From positions 369 to 64,368 of the forward strand of contig JAHLFG010000028.1 in assembly GCA_018883895.1 (NCBI GenBank): a stretch of 64,000 nt of DNA, read 5' to 3'. The notes beneath the pieces are model-generated. The model saw only the letters and a list, made by a program, of their open reading frames with translations. It was not told the DNA's origin and did no database searches. Every line of letters starts with the position of its first letter. Position 1 is the stretch's first letter. The position numbers and the translations under genes were made by a program. The stretch comes from Candidatus Anaerobiospirillum merdipullorum. Its GTDB lineage: Bacteria > Pseudomonadota > Gammaproteobacteria > Enterobacterales > Succinivibrionaceae. Of the stretch, positions 1-9,454 are shown one piece after another.

Positions 1-27
1 TTTAAAAATTATTTAATTTTCAATAAA

Positions 28-590
28 ATAGCCTGTGGGAAGGGAAAAAGTGCTAATTTTCCGTAAGTTGGGGCCAATTTGAACCTGCGGTAAAGTAAAG
101 TTAAGCGGTGGGTAAAGTGGATTCTTTGGGGGGAAAATTCCGCCAAGCTGTGGGAAAAATAGTGGGATTTGGCGCCAAGCCGCATTGCCATGCGGTTTTT
201 GCGGTGGGAAACTTTTCCCACCGGCAAAATGCAAGCGTTTGCGGTAGTTTTATTTTCAAAAATGAAAGTCAAGCGTGGTGGGAAAAATTTTTTGCCCTTG
301 TGGGAAATTTTGTGGGTTAGCTGAAAGTGACCTCTGGGAAAAGCGGCAAAAAGCGCAGAAGAAACCACTAAAAAAGGAAAACACCTAAAATTTAAACTTT
401 AAAATCAAATAGATATTTTTAAAATACCTTGTGGGAAAAGTGCTTGTGGGAAATTTAAAAACGGTCCTTAACTGTGGGAAACTCAGGTCAAGGCAGATAC
501 AAATTTACCCACAGCAGGCGGAAAACGAACTATCAAAAGTGAAAAATAGAGAATTTTGCGCAACTTACCCACCTTGGCACGGTGGGTAAG
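28..590. repeat. Array of 15 copies of the 9-mer (T/G)GTGGG(A/T)AA in both orientations; replication-origin-like or iteron-like non-coding region, truncated by the left window edge
   Basis: Forward copies start at 34, 107, 149, 161 (weaker), 203, 277, 299, 311, 333 (TCTGGGAAA), 430, 445, 473 and 581. Reverse copies (TT(T/A)CCCAC(A/C)) are at 214, 505 and 565. Two head-to-head palindromes occur: 203-222 (GGTGGGAAA-ct-TTTCCCACC) and 565-589 (TTACCCACC-N7-GGTGGGTAA). The ORFs predicted here look like repeat artefacts. Confidence 0.5.
361..429. other. AT-rich tract inside the 9-mer array (possible DNA-unwinding element)
   Basis: About 70 nt, strongly A/T-rich, with TAAAAT at 386, 400 and 420. 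It is flanked by 9-mer copies at 333 and 430. Confidence 0.35.
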
Positions 591-604
591 GGGGGAATAA
601 AGGC

Positions 605-2017
605 TTATTCAGCGTGCGTGTTTTGAGGCTCTATTGACTCGGTTGGAGCTTGCGCAGCTTCGGTGCTTGTAGCTACCGGCGCTTCACGGCGCAATTTGGC
701 CATATAGAAGCCGTCGGTACCTTCTGAGGGGAGCATTTGCACTTCGTCAATTAAGCTAAAGTCAGGATGCTGTGCCAAGAAGGTAGCAATCTGATTGTGG
801 TTTTCTGACGGCAAAATGGAGCAGGTGGAGTAAATTAACAGGCCACCTACTTTGACTAAGTTGCAGTCACGCTCTAAGATTTGCGCTTGCGTGTGCTGTA
901 ATTCCTTTAAATAGGCAGTGGAATCACGCCATTTGGAATCGGGGGTGCGGCGCAAGACGCCGGTACCGGAGCACGGGGCATCGATGAGCACGCGATCGGC
1001 GCTGTCATAAAGCCGCTTTAAGATCTTCGAGCTGTCAACCGGACGGATCTCGATATTGCTCACGCCGGCACGCCGTGCGCGCTTTTTAAGCTCTTCAAGG
1101 CGCCAGGCGGCGGTATCTAGGGCAATTAATTGACCCTTATTTTGCATTAAGGCCGCAAGATGTAAGGTCTTACCGCCCGCGCCGGCGCAGGCGTCAATTA
1201 CTCGCTGATGCGGGGCCACTTCACAAAAGGCCGCAATTCTCTGTGAACCGGCATCTTGCTGCTCAAATAAGCCCTCTTTAAAGCATTGCGTGCGAAAGAG
1301 CGCGCAACTAGAGGTAATTTCCAAGGCTGTGGGAATACCTTTTACCGGACGGGTGACTACGCCTTCATCGCTTAGGCGTGAAGCTAGGGTGTCACGGTCG
1401 GTCTTTAAGGTATTGACGCGAATATAGCGCTTAGGCTCAGAGCATAGTGCAGCGCGCTCGGTAGGCCACTTAGCGCCCAATTCCTTTTGCCCTAAATTAT
1501 TCAGCCACTGCGGGCAGCCTTGATTTAACAGCTCATCATTGCGGGCCTGGCCGATACGCTGCGATAAATGCGAGCGATCAAAGCCCTCGCCACAATCAAG
1601 ATCGGGCAGCTCCCAGCCTTGATCGGCACAATAGCAGACAATCAAGCGATTGACATGGCGCGCAAAGTCTGACGGGCGCTTTAAACAGGCGCAGTAGGCA
1701 TAAAAAGATAGGCGGCGGAACATGGCATTAATTTGGCGAATGATAAAGCCCTGTTCCACCGGCTCTAACTTTACTTTGGCAAAGTAAATGGCATAGGCCT
1801 TATCTAAGGGCTTACCTTCAGTTAAGACCTCAGAGAGAATCGAGTGCACCAAACGGATCTGAAAGGGACTAAAGCCCCCATTACGACGGATCTTGGGGCG
1901 CGATTGATGGTTAAACGGCCGACGCTCTTTAGTGGCGCTCGTGCGCGGCTGTTGTTTAACAAATTTATTGAGCTTACCCTGTGTAGGGCGCGCTGATGCC
2001 TGATTTGCACGCGGCAT
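605..2017 (-). CDS. RsmB/NOP2/Sun-family SAM-dependent RNA (cytosine-C5)-methyltransferase with an Arg/Lys-rich N-terminal extension
   Basis: SAM motif DACAGAGGKT, catalytic motif IV DAPCSGTGVLRR and motif VI YSTCS. A NusB-like region precedes the methyltransferase domain. The start overlaps the upstream stop (TAATG). Confidence 0.85.
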   Translation of the reverse strand: MPRANQASARPTQGKLNKFVKQQPRTSATKERRPFNHQSRPKIRRNGGFSPFQIRLVHSILSEVLTEGKPLDKAYAIYFAKVKLEPVEQGFIIRQINAMFRRLSFYAYCACLKRPSDFARHVNRLIVCYCADQGWELPDLDCGEGFDRSHLSQRIGQARNDELLNQGCPQWLNNLGQKELGAKWPTERAALCSEPKRYIRVNTLKTDRDTLASRLSDEGVVTRPVKGIPTALEITSSCALFRTQCFKEGLFEQQDAGSQRIAAFCEVAPHQRVIDACAGAGGKTLHLAALMQNKGQLIALDTAAWRLEELKKRARRAGVSNIEIRPVDSSKILKRLYDSADRVLIDAPCSGTGVLRRTPDSKWRDSTAYLKELQHTQAQILERDCNLVKVGGLLIYSTCSILPSENHNQIATFLAQHPDFSLIDEVQMLPSEGTDGFYMAKLRREAPVATSTEAAQAPTESIEPQNTHAE

Positions 2018-2499
2018 TATGTGATCCTCTTTTTACGGCCGTAACCTGATGTGCGTAACGAGAAGCCGGCCTTGTTTTTAAATGCTTCCATGCCGTTTAT
2101 CACCATACCGGAGCACAGCAGGGCAGCTTGACTGACACTTTTACACTTGATATCGCGCGTCAGCACAAAGGCATTACGCGCTACGTCTAAGCTTAGACTT
2201 TGGTTATTGAGCAAGTCTTCCTTTAAGCGCACAATGCGCTTGGGCATGGATGGTGCCATAGTTAGCGCCACCTCAGAGCCTTTAATCAGCACAAATTGTG
2301 GATTGCTTTTTAGGCCTTGCGGATAACCATAGGCTTGATGTTGTTTGAAATTTAAATAATAAAGTTCGTCATGCGCTAAAGGGCCTGATTTTAACAGCTC
2401 TTGCAACGCAAGCAAAGTCTCATAGGTCTTAAGGGGCACAATTACATGGGTGCGTTGCCCCTTTTCATCGACAATATAGGCAATATCCGCCATCGTCAA
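2017..2499 (-). CDS. Small protein of unknown function with a DUF4357-like C-terminal domain
   Basis: The C-terminal pattern ...FVLIKGSEV...LKEDLL...FVLTRDIKCKSVSQAALLCSGMVINGMEAFKNKAG resembles the DUF4357 signature (F.SPSAAA..v.G...NG...WK) as I remember it. It has a 4-nt overlap upstream (ATGA) and a 1-nt overlap downstream. Confidence 0.45.
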   Translation of the reverse strand: MTMADIAYIVDEKGQRTHVIVPLKTYETLLALQELLKSGPLAHDELYYLNFKQHQAYGYPQGLKSNPQFVLIKGSEVALTMAPSMPKRIVRLKEDLLNNQSLSLDVARNAFVLTRDIKCKSVSQAALLCSGMVINGMEAFKNKAGFSLRTSGYGRKKRIT

Positions 2500-3119
2500 T
2501 GCGTGTGTTCCTGGTCAATCCCGGTGAGCTGATCGACCGTGGCCCAGCAGGACTGGACGAAATGATCGATAAAATAGCGCACCTCGGGCATGTTTTCACA
2601 CAGCTCCTGCAAACGTGGCTCTAAGCCCTCTTTGACGTGAGCAAATTCCTGATTGTTAAAGCGCAACTCATCATTGGCCTTGATATAGGCTGAAAGTAAG
2701 TCGGCGGCCTTAACTAGTTTTTTTAGCTCCGGGTCAATACTATCTTGCAAGATAAGGCCGGCAAAGTCCTCCTGCAATTCCTCTGGCAGGGTGTGTAAAC
2801 ACTCGCGTTCGGCCATAGCCTCAAGCTTTTTATATTGGCGGGTAAATTCGGGGTTTAAATACTTGGTTTTGGAGTTTAAGTCCTGTAACTTCGTTTCCGA
2901 GACTTCATGGTAGAGGGCCAACACCGCTACATGCTCGGCATTGACCTGACCGCCAAAGAGCCGATTTTTAATGATGCACAGCATATGGGCAATCACCGCC
3001 GTTTGATGGCTATGCTCGGAGACGTTTTCTTTGCGAAAGGAGAGCATCAAGGCCCAGCGCTTGATAAGCGACATGCGGACAATCCAGGCTAGGAAGGTGC
3101 TTTGGTGCAACTTGGACAT
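2496..3119 (-). CDS. yfbR: YfbR-like HD-domain 5'-deoxynucleotidase; the HD dyad reads HE
   Basis: It aligns along its length with E. coli YfbR (RW.LM...ENVSEHS, FGG.VNAE...L.YH). The motif YHDASE of E. coli is YHEVSE here. It is adjacent to alaA, as in E. coli. Confidence 0.75.
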   Translation of the reverse strand: MSKLHQSTFLAWIVRMSLIKRWALMLSFRKENVSEHSHQTAVIAHMLCIIKNRLFGGQVNAEHVAVLALYHEVSETKLQDLNSKTKYLNPEFTRQYKKLEAMAERECLHTLPEELQEDFAGLILQDSIDPELKKLVKAADLLSAYIKANDELRFNNQEFAHVKEGLEPRLQELCENMPEVRYFIDHFVQSCWATVDQLTGIDQEHTH

Positions 3120-3177
3120 AAGAACTCCTTAACGGATTAAGGCAGGAGTATCCTCCTGCCTAAAAAGACGGCCCGCC

Positions 3178-4392
3178 TTATTGGCGATAGGTCTTAAGGA
3201 AGTGCTCTAAACGATTGCAGGCATCTTCCAACACATCGACGGTAGGCAAGAAGATCACACGGAAGTGATCGGGGGTCGGCCAGTTAAAGCCGGTGCCTTG
3301 CACGACGAGTAATTTTTCTTGCTTGAGTAAATCTAAGGCAAATTTCTGATCGTCCTTGATATTAAATTTCTTAATATCAATGCGCGGGAACATATATAGT
3401 GCGCCGTGCGGCTTGACCACTGAAATACCGTCAATGGCGTTCAAGCGCTCGTACAGGGCTTGACGTTGGACGTACAGGCGCCCGCCGGGGACGATGAGCT
3501 CATTAATGCTCTGATAGCCACCTAAGGCCGTTTGAATGGCATATTGCAACGGTACATTGGCGCACAAACGCATGGCCATCATCATGCGAATGCCATCGAC
3601 ATAACCGCGGATATTGTTTTTAGGCCCGGAGAAGACCATCCAGCCTTGACGGAAACCGCAGGCGCGATAGACCTTAGACAGACCATTGTAGGTCACAACA
3701 TTGACATCATCACATAAGGAGCAAATCGAGCGATGGGCGACATCATCATACAGAATTTTGTCATAAATCTCGTCAGAGAAGATGATGAGATCGTGTTGGC
3801 GCGCAATTTCAATTAGATCTTGCAATAAAGCCGTAGAATAGACCGCACCGGTCGGATTATTCGGGTTAATGATCACAATGCCGCGGGTACGCGAGGTGAT
3901 CTTCTTTTTAATGTCATCCAAATCCGGGAACCAATCGGCCTGCTCATCACACATATAGTGTACCGGACGACCGCCGGCTAAGCTTACTGCCGCTGTCCAC
4001 AACGGATAATCAGGAGCGGGCACTAAGATTTCATCGCCATTGTTAAGTAGGGCGTTCATCGAGGTGGTAATCAGCTCGGATACACCGTTGCCAATAAAGA
4101 CATCGTCGGCATCAACATGCTTGAGGCCTTTTTGCTGATAGTACTGGGCAATGGCCTTACGGGCAGGGAAAATACCGTTGGATTCACAATAGCCTTGGGC
4201 GTTAGGTAGATTACGCACCACATCGCGTACTACTTCTTCCGGGGCTTGAAAGCCAAAGGGGGCGAGGTTACCGATGTTGAGCTTTAAAATACGTACGCCT
4301 TCATCTTCCATGCGGCAGGCCTCTTGATGGATCTTGCCGCGAATGTCATAACACACATTATCTAATTTATGCGATTTGTCGACGATTTTCAT
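3178..4392 (-). CDS. alaA: Glutamate-pyruvate (alanine) aminotransferase AlaA
   Basis: Strong end-to-end similarity to E. coli AlaA/YfbQ (KL.NVCYDIRG, LKLNIGN.APFGF, VIINPNNPTGAVYS, NGLSK.YR.AGFRQGWMV). Confidence 0.93.
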   Translation of the reverse strand: MKIVDKSHKLDNVCYDIRGKIHQEACRMEDEGVRILKLNIGNLAPFGFQAPEEVVRDVVRNLPNAQGYCESNGIFPARKAIAQYYQQKGLKHVDADDVFIGNGVSELITTSMNALLNNGDEILVPAPDYPLWTAAVSLAGGRPVHYMCDEQADWFPDLDDIKKKITSRTRGIVIINPNNPTGAVYSTALLQDLIEIARQHDLIIFSDEIYDKILYDDVAHRSICSLCDDVNVVTYNGLSKVYRACGFRQGWMVFSGPKNNIRGYVDGIRMMMAMRLCANVPLQYAIQTALGGYQSINELIVPGGRLYVQRQALYERLNAIDGISVVKPHGALYMFPRIDIKKFNIKDDQKFALDLLKQEKLLVVQGTGFNWPTPDHFRVIFLPTVDVLEDACNRLEHFLKTYRQ

Positions 4393-4436
4393 GACGACCT
4401 CAAACTGTGGCGAAAAATTAAGATCAATTCTAGCAC

Positions 4437-5990
4437 CTAAAAATCACGTCCCATGACCTTTTGCGCGTATATATTTTCCAGCACATAGCGCTCATAGCCC
4501 AAATGCGGCGAGGCCATGCGGCGGAACTTCACCCGATCACGGATGCGCTCACTATAGGTGATGGCATTGGTAAACATCACAAAGGGGGCTAAGGCTCCGG
4601 ATTTAGTACGCACGAAACCGGCTAAATTAGAGACATTTTGCAAAGTACCGGTCTTGGCGATGACATTTAATTTAAGTGGCGCATTAACGGTGGAGGCGCG
4701 CCAATGTAAGGTGCCGGACTTACCGGCTACCGGCAACATGTCAATTAAATGCAATTCCTCATCATGCGCCTTCATATAGGCAAGGACGGCCAATAACTCG
4801 CGCGCCGTTAAAAGATTGTGTGCCGACAGCCCCGAGGCGTCCACTAAATAGGCGGCGTTCAAATCAATATCGGCATATTGACTTAAAATTGAGCGTAAGG
4901 CGCGTGCGGTGCGATTATAGGTTGCAGGTAGGGAGTAGTACTCGGCAGCGGTATTCTTAGCAATGGCGTCGGCATAGAGATTGTTCGAGCGCATAAGCAT
5001 ATAGCGAATTAATTCGCCTAAGGGTTTGGATTTAATCTCTGCGATGGTGGTGACGTCATTTGACGGATGGCGTATGGCCTGTACGTTGCCGTCAACGCCA
5101 ATGCCCATGGAAGTTAACAGCTTTTGTGTCCAGGAAACGCCCCAAGCAACTGGATCGGAGACATCTAGAGACAGCGGAAAGGGCTTGCCATTGTTGTCGG
5201 CCGGAATGCAACCTGAGAGTTGATATTCATTGCCTTGATAGAGATTAATCTCCAGCTCGCAATCCCCACCATAGTCACGATTGTCAACGGCGATGGCATC
5301 GGAGATGACCTTTAGCGGAAGTCCTGCAGGGATCTTCGGTTGGGCACGCGTGCCCGGGCCTTGATTGGTAAGCTCAATAAAGGTGCAATTGCGGTTTAAC
5401 ACTACTGCCGATGCCGGGGCGGTAAAGCAGCTCGGGATATCGGCCCAATTCCAGCCTTGGGCGCGGATCGGGGTGCCGACGCGGCTGACATCTAAATTGA
5501 CATTTCCGGCAATGCGCTTGACGCCTTGTTGTTGCAAGGTGGAGAGTAATTTACGATACCCTTCGATAGTCAAGGTAGGATCAGCACTAAAGCGGATGGT
5601 GACATCGGACTGTAAGATCCCTTCGGGGCTAAGTTTCAAGCTTGCCTTCTGATCTGTCCCGATGTTTAAGGCTTGTTGTTGTACTTGCAAGCGCGTTTTG
5701 ATGGTGTAGTCATTGCCCAAAAACAAGGAGGCGGCTAAGGCCGTAATGAGCTTTTGCGTGGAGGCGGGGTGAAAGTAGATATCACTGTTCACGCCATAGA
5801 CTTCGTTGGAGCCAGGTAATTGATAGGCTACAGCAATTTGCGAACCCTCAAGGGGGTGAGATTGAGCTGTTATGGCCTGTGCCGTGGGGAGAGAGCAGAA
5901 GAGGGTGGTGGCGGTGCAACCTAGAAATAAGCATAACGAGCGATGAATTTTAAACACGATAAACTCCACCAAAAAAGCGTCAGTAAGCAT
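4437..5990 (-). CDS. dacB: D-alanyl-D-alanine carboxypeptidase/endopeptidase PBP4
   Basis: SxxK motif (ASTQK), SNN and KTGT motifs, and an N-terminal signal peptide. It is collinear with E. coli DacB blocks (ADPTL, GW.W.D...CF.AP, DASGLS.HNL). Confidence 0.85.
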   Translation of the reverse strand: MLTDAFLVEFIVFKIHRSLCLFLGCTATTLFCSLPTAQAITAQSHPLEGSQIAVAYQLPGSNEVYGVNSDIYFHPASTQKLITALAASLFLGNDYTIKTRLQVQQQALNIGTDQKASLKLSPEGILQSDVTIRFSADPTLTIEGYRKLLSTLQQQGVKRIAGNVNLDVSRVGTPIRAQGWNWADIPSCFTAPASAVVLNRNCTFIELTNQGPGTRAQPKIPAGLPLKVISDAIAVDNRDYGGDCELEINLYQGNEYQLSGCIPADNNGKPFPLSLDVSDPVAWGVSWTQKLLTSMGIGVDGNVQAIRHPSNDVTTIAEIKSKPLGELIRYMLMRSNNLYADAIAKNTAAEYYSLPATYNRTARALRSILSQYADIDLNAAYLVDASGLSAHNLLTARELLAVLAYMKAHDEELHLIDMLPVAGKSGTLHWRASTVNAPLKLNVIAKTGTLQNVSNLAGFVRTKSGALAPFVMFTNAITYSERIRDRVKFRRMASPHLGYERYVLENIYAQKVMGRDF

Positions 5991-6235
5991 GCACTTACTG
6001 TGAATACAAGTAAGTTAAGGCTTAAAGTCAGGGGGTAATAAAACACCATAGATCCTATTATAAACTCCGGACTAAATATTGCACCGGTAAGAAATATAGA
6101 CGTACTTCGGTAGGGGCGTAAGCGCGCAGGCTTTTTTCGCTATAATGGCAACAATAACCGGTGCTGTGCGGTGCCGGAATGAAACCGTATGTTACCCAGG
6201 CGTGGTTTGCGCCTGTAGCTAAATAAGGAATGCCC

Positions 6236-7432
6236 ATGATCATTGAACCGAAAGTACGCGGCTTTATCTGCGTTACTACTCACCCTGAAGGCTGCCGCGC
6301 CAATGTCAAGCAGCAGATTGATTATGTAAAAAGCCAAGGGCGCATCGAAAATGGCCCCAAGAAGGTCTTAGTTATCGGCGCCTCCACCGGCTATGGTTTG
6401 GCCTCGCGTATCTCGGCGGCTTTTGGCTCCGGGGCTGCCACCATCGGGGTGTTCTTTGAAAAGCCGGGTACGGCCAAGCGTCCGGGTACTGCCGGCTGGT
6501 ACAACAGCGCTGCCTTTACCGAATTTGCTCAGGCTGAGGGCTTATATGCCAAGAACATTAATGGCGATGCTTTCTCCGATGAGTGCCGTGCCAAGGTCAT
6601 TGAGCTTATCAAGCGGGATTTGGGGCAGGTGGACATGGTGGTCTATTCCTTAGCCGCCCCGGTGCGTAAGATGCCAGGTAGTGGTGAAGTGGTGCGCTCT
6701 TCATTAAAGCCTATTGGCAAGCCCTATGTTTCCACCGCTATCGATACCAATAAAGATGAAATCATCGAGGCGACCATTGAACCTGCTACCCCCGAGGAAG
6801 TGGACAATACCGTCAAGGTGATGGGCGGTCAGGATTGGGAGCTGTGGATGCAGGCTCTGTCGCAGGCAGGGGTCTTAGCTCAAGGGTGCAAGACCGTGGC
6901 CTATAGCTATATTGGCACCGAGATCACTTGGCCGATTTACTGGCAGGGCGCCTTAGGTAAGGCCAAGGAAGACTTGGATCGTGCCGCTGCGGCTAATCGT
7001 GAACTGTTAAAGAGTGTAAAAGGCGATGCCCGCGTGGCGGTGCTCAAGTCGGTGGTAACGCAAGCTTCATCGGCCATTCCGGTGATGCCTTTGTACATTG
7101 CCATTTGCTTTAGAGTGATGCGCGAACAACACTGCTATGAGTCGGTGATTGAGCATATTTGGCGCATGTTTGCCACCTCGCTTTATGGCAAGGATTGCGT
7201 CCTGGATGATTGTGGCCGCGTGCGTATGGACGGCTTTGAGCTTGATCCTAAAGTACAGGATGCCTGCAAGGCCCTGTGGCCGCAGATCACCACGGCAAAT
7301 CTGAAGGACAAGACTGATTACCTTGACTACAAGCATCAGTTCTTAGAGCTCTTTGGCTTTGAAGTTCCGGGCGTGGACTACAGCAAGGATAGCAATCCTG
7401 AGGTGAACTTTGATGTCATCTCTTTAATCTAA
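6236..7432 (+). CDS. fabV: Enoyl-ACP reductase FabV (trans-2-enoyl-CoA reductase family)
   Basis: The N-terminus [20 protein letters not shown] and [16 protein letters not shown] are typical of FabV. The start was moved to the ATG at 6236, which sits 7 nt after AAGGA; the track ATG at 6230 is too close to the SD. Confidence 0.9.
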   Translation: MIIEPKVRGFICVTTHPEGCRANVKQQIDYVKSQGRIENGPKKVLVIGASTGYGLASRISAAFGSGAATIGVFFEKPGTAKRPGTAGWYNSAAFTEFAQAEGLYAKNINGDAFSDECRAKVIELIKRDLGQVDMVVYSLAAPVRKMPGSGEVVRSSLKPIGKPYVSTAIDTNKDEIIEATIEPATPEEVDNTVKVMGGQDWELWMQALSQAGVLAQGCKTVAYSYIGTEITWPIYWQGALGKAKEDLDRAAAANRELLKSVKGDARVAVLKSVVTQASSAIPVMPLYIAICFRVMREQHCYESVIEHIWRMFATSLYGKDCVLDDCGRVRMDGFELDPKVQDACKALWPQITTANLKDKTDYLDYKHQFLELFGFEVPGVDYSKDSNPEVNFDVISLI

Positions 7433-7456
7433 GCTAAGACTTTAAGCTTAGAAGGT

Positions 7457-7485
7457 AAAAAGGCGCCACTGCGGCGCCTTTTTTA
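7457..7485. terminator. Bidirectional rho-independent terminator between fabV and folD
   Basis: AAAA-GGCGCC-actgc-GGCGCC-TTTTTT: a perfect 6-bp GC stem flanked by A and T runs. Confidence 0.8.
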
Positions 7486-7505
7486 CTGTAATGCTTAAGT
7501 GGTGC

Positions 7506-8363
7506 TTAGCCCTGAATATGGGTGGTATAGGCCTGTACCGTATTTTCCATCAAGGTAGCTACCGTCATCGGCCCCACGCCACCGGGGACCGGGGTAATTA
7601 AGGACGCATGCTCCTTGGCCGTTTCAAAATCCACATCGCCGCACAGCTTGCCATCTGGCAGCCGATTGATGCCCACATCGATGACCACCGCACCATCCTT
7701 AATCCACTGTCCCGGGATAAAGCGCGGTTTGCCGACGGCGACAATCAGCAAGTCGGCATTACGCACAAAGGGCTCTAAGTTTTTGGTAAAGCGATGGGTA
7801 ACGGTGACGGTCGCGCCTTCAAGCAAGAGCTCTAAGGCCATCGGACGGCCGACGATATTGGACGCCCCGACAATGCAGGCATTGATGCCCAAGAGATCTA
7901 CCTTGCTTTCCTTTAACATCGTCATCACGCCCTTGGGGGTGCAGGCGCGCAACAGCGGGATACGCTGCGTTAAGCGGCCGACATTGTAAGGATGGAAACC
8001 ATCGACATCCTTTGTGGGCAGAATCTTTTCAATGACGCGTCTTTCATCTAAATGCCGCGGAAGCGGAAATTGTACCAAGATGCCGTCGATGGCCGGATTT
8101 TGATTGCATTCATCAATAATGCTCTCCAGCTGTGCTTGCGTGGTTTCTGCCGGTAAATCGTAGGGGAAGGAGACAATTCCGACCTCTTCACAGGCCTTGC
8201 GCTTATTGCGCACATAAACCTGCGATGCCGGATCGGCACCGACTAAAATTACCGCCAGGCCCGGAGCACGCTCACCCTTAACCGTATGGGCGGCAACTTC
8301 GTCCTTAAGCTTTAAGCGTAAGTTTTTGGCAATGGCCTTGCCATCGATAATCTGAGCACTCAT
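7506..8363 (-). CDS. folD: Bifunctional methylenetetrahydrofolate dehydrogenase/cyclohydrolase
   Basis: Full-length FolD similarity ([41 protein letters not shown]). Confidence 0.95.
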   Translation of the reverse strand: MSAQIIDGKAIAKNLRLKLKDEVAAHTVKGERAPGLAVILVGADPASQVYVRNKRKACEEVGIVSFPYDLPAETTQAQLESIIDECNQNPAIDGILVQFPLPRHLDERRVIEKILPTKDVDGFHPYNVGRLTQRIPLLRACTPKGVMTMLKESKVDLLGINACIVGASNIVGRPMALELLLEGATVTVTHRFTKNLEPFVRNADLLIVAVGKPRFIPGQWIKDGAVVIDVGINRLPDGKLCGDVDFETAKEHASLITPVPGGVGPMTVATLMENTVQAYTTHIQG

Positions 8364-8417
8364 GCAAACCTCCTGTGGAGCATTAGACAGCGCATTATAA
8401 TCGAAAAATCTGCTCTT

Positions 8418-9248
8418 TTAGAGTAAAGCTCCAGCCAACATGCGCACGCTGACAATAAAGAGGGCGACGGCAAAAATGCGCTTTAAGGTCACCGGGCTTA
8501 CTTTCTTGCCAAAACGCACCCCGATGGGGGCAAAGAGCACCGAAATTGGCACCACACAAATGGCAGCTAAGAGATTGACTAAACCAAAGGTACCGATGGG
8601 TGCATCATGCGGCGTGGTACCGGTAAGCAGCATGATTACGGCACCCGGAACGCAGACAAAAAGCGAAACTGCCGACGAAGTACCAATAGACTTATGCGGC
8701 TCAACTGAGCAGGCATTGAGTACCGGCACGGTTAAAGTACCACCACCGATGCCCAACATCACCGAAAAACAGGAGATGGCAAAGCCAATGACTCTTTGCC
8801 ACAAAAGCGCAGGTAAGCGTGACCACATCGGCTTGGCTTTGGCTCGTAATAAGGTATTGAGGCTGTTTAAGATCATGATGCTGCCAAATAAGATGGCCAG
8901 CCATTCACCGCCATAGAAGGAGGAAATCACGGCCCCGACCACCACACCTAAGATAAGGCCAGGCGCCCAGGACTTGATGACCGCCAAATCGGTATTGCCA
9001 CGTTTATATTGGGAGATGGCTGCAGAGATTGAGGTGGGGATCATACAGGTAAGTGAGGTGCCGGTAGCTAGCACCATCGCGGTATTGCCATCGGCATGGA
9101 AGGCATGCATGAAGACAAAATAAAAGACCGGGACGAAGACTACGCCACCGCCGATGCCCAAGAGGCCTGCCAAAAAGCCGGCGAGGACACCACAGATAAG
9201 CAGAATGACCACGGTAGAAAGTAGCTCTGCAATTTCAAGACCGAACAT
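8418..9248 (-). CDS. TauE/SafE-family (DUF81) membrane anion exporter
   Basis: Multi-pass membrane protein with the duplicated LLGIGGG motifs typical of TauE/SafE. The start was moved to MFGLEIAE (9248), which follows AAGGAA at good spacing. Confidence 0.75.
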   Translation of the reverse strand: MFGLEIAELLSTVVILLICGVLAGFLAGLLGIGGGVVFVPVFYFVFMHAFHADGNTAMVLATGTSLTCMIPTSISAAISQYKRGNTDLAVIKSWAPGLILGVVVGAVISSFYGGEWLAILFGSIMILNSLNTLLRAKAKPMWSRLPALLWQRVIGFAISCFSVMLGIGGGTLTVPVLNACSVEPHKSIGTSSAVSLFVCVPGAVIMLLTGTTPHDAPIGTFGLVNLLAAICVVPISVLFAPIGVRFGKKVSPVTLKRIFAVALFIVSVRMLAGALL

Positions 9249-9454
9249 AGTATTGTTCCTTAGATAAAAAAGAACTGAGCACAAAATTTGCTGTGTGCAT
9301 TATCTTGCAGGCAGGCGGGGATGAAAAGCTTTTTTTAACCGTAAGCTCGCGCCCCTAAGGCAGTTTGATGCTAAAAAAGCACATCTAAGCAGGCGCCTAG
9401 AGCCTTAAATGGTTAATTGCCGACTAAGCTTACAGTTTTTAGTTAATTACAATA

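Noticed and set aside
9-368. Three overlapping ORFs (9-368 minus, 13-234 minus, 108-320 plus) in the first 400 nt
   Set aside because: They lie entirely in the 9-mer repeat array. Their sequences are repeat-driven (runs of FP/PP/GK from GGGAAA/TTTCCC), have no SD or recognisable domains, and overlap each other on both strands.
28-590. CRISPR array as an explanation for the repeated motif
   Set aside because: The repeat unit is only 9 nt, spacing is irregular (12-97 nt), both orientations occur, and no cas genes are present.
7615-7989. Long antisense or alternative-frame ORFs inside well-supported genes (for example 7615-7989, 8440-8916, 37395-37850, 41968-42393, 49294-49743, 10813-11172)
   Set aside because: Each lies wholly within a gene whose other-strand or other-frame product has strong homology. 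None has an SD or a recognisable domain. This is typical of chance open frames in coding DNA.
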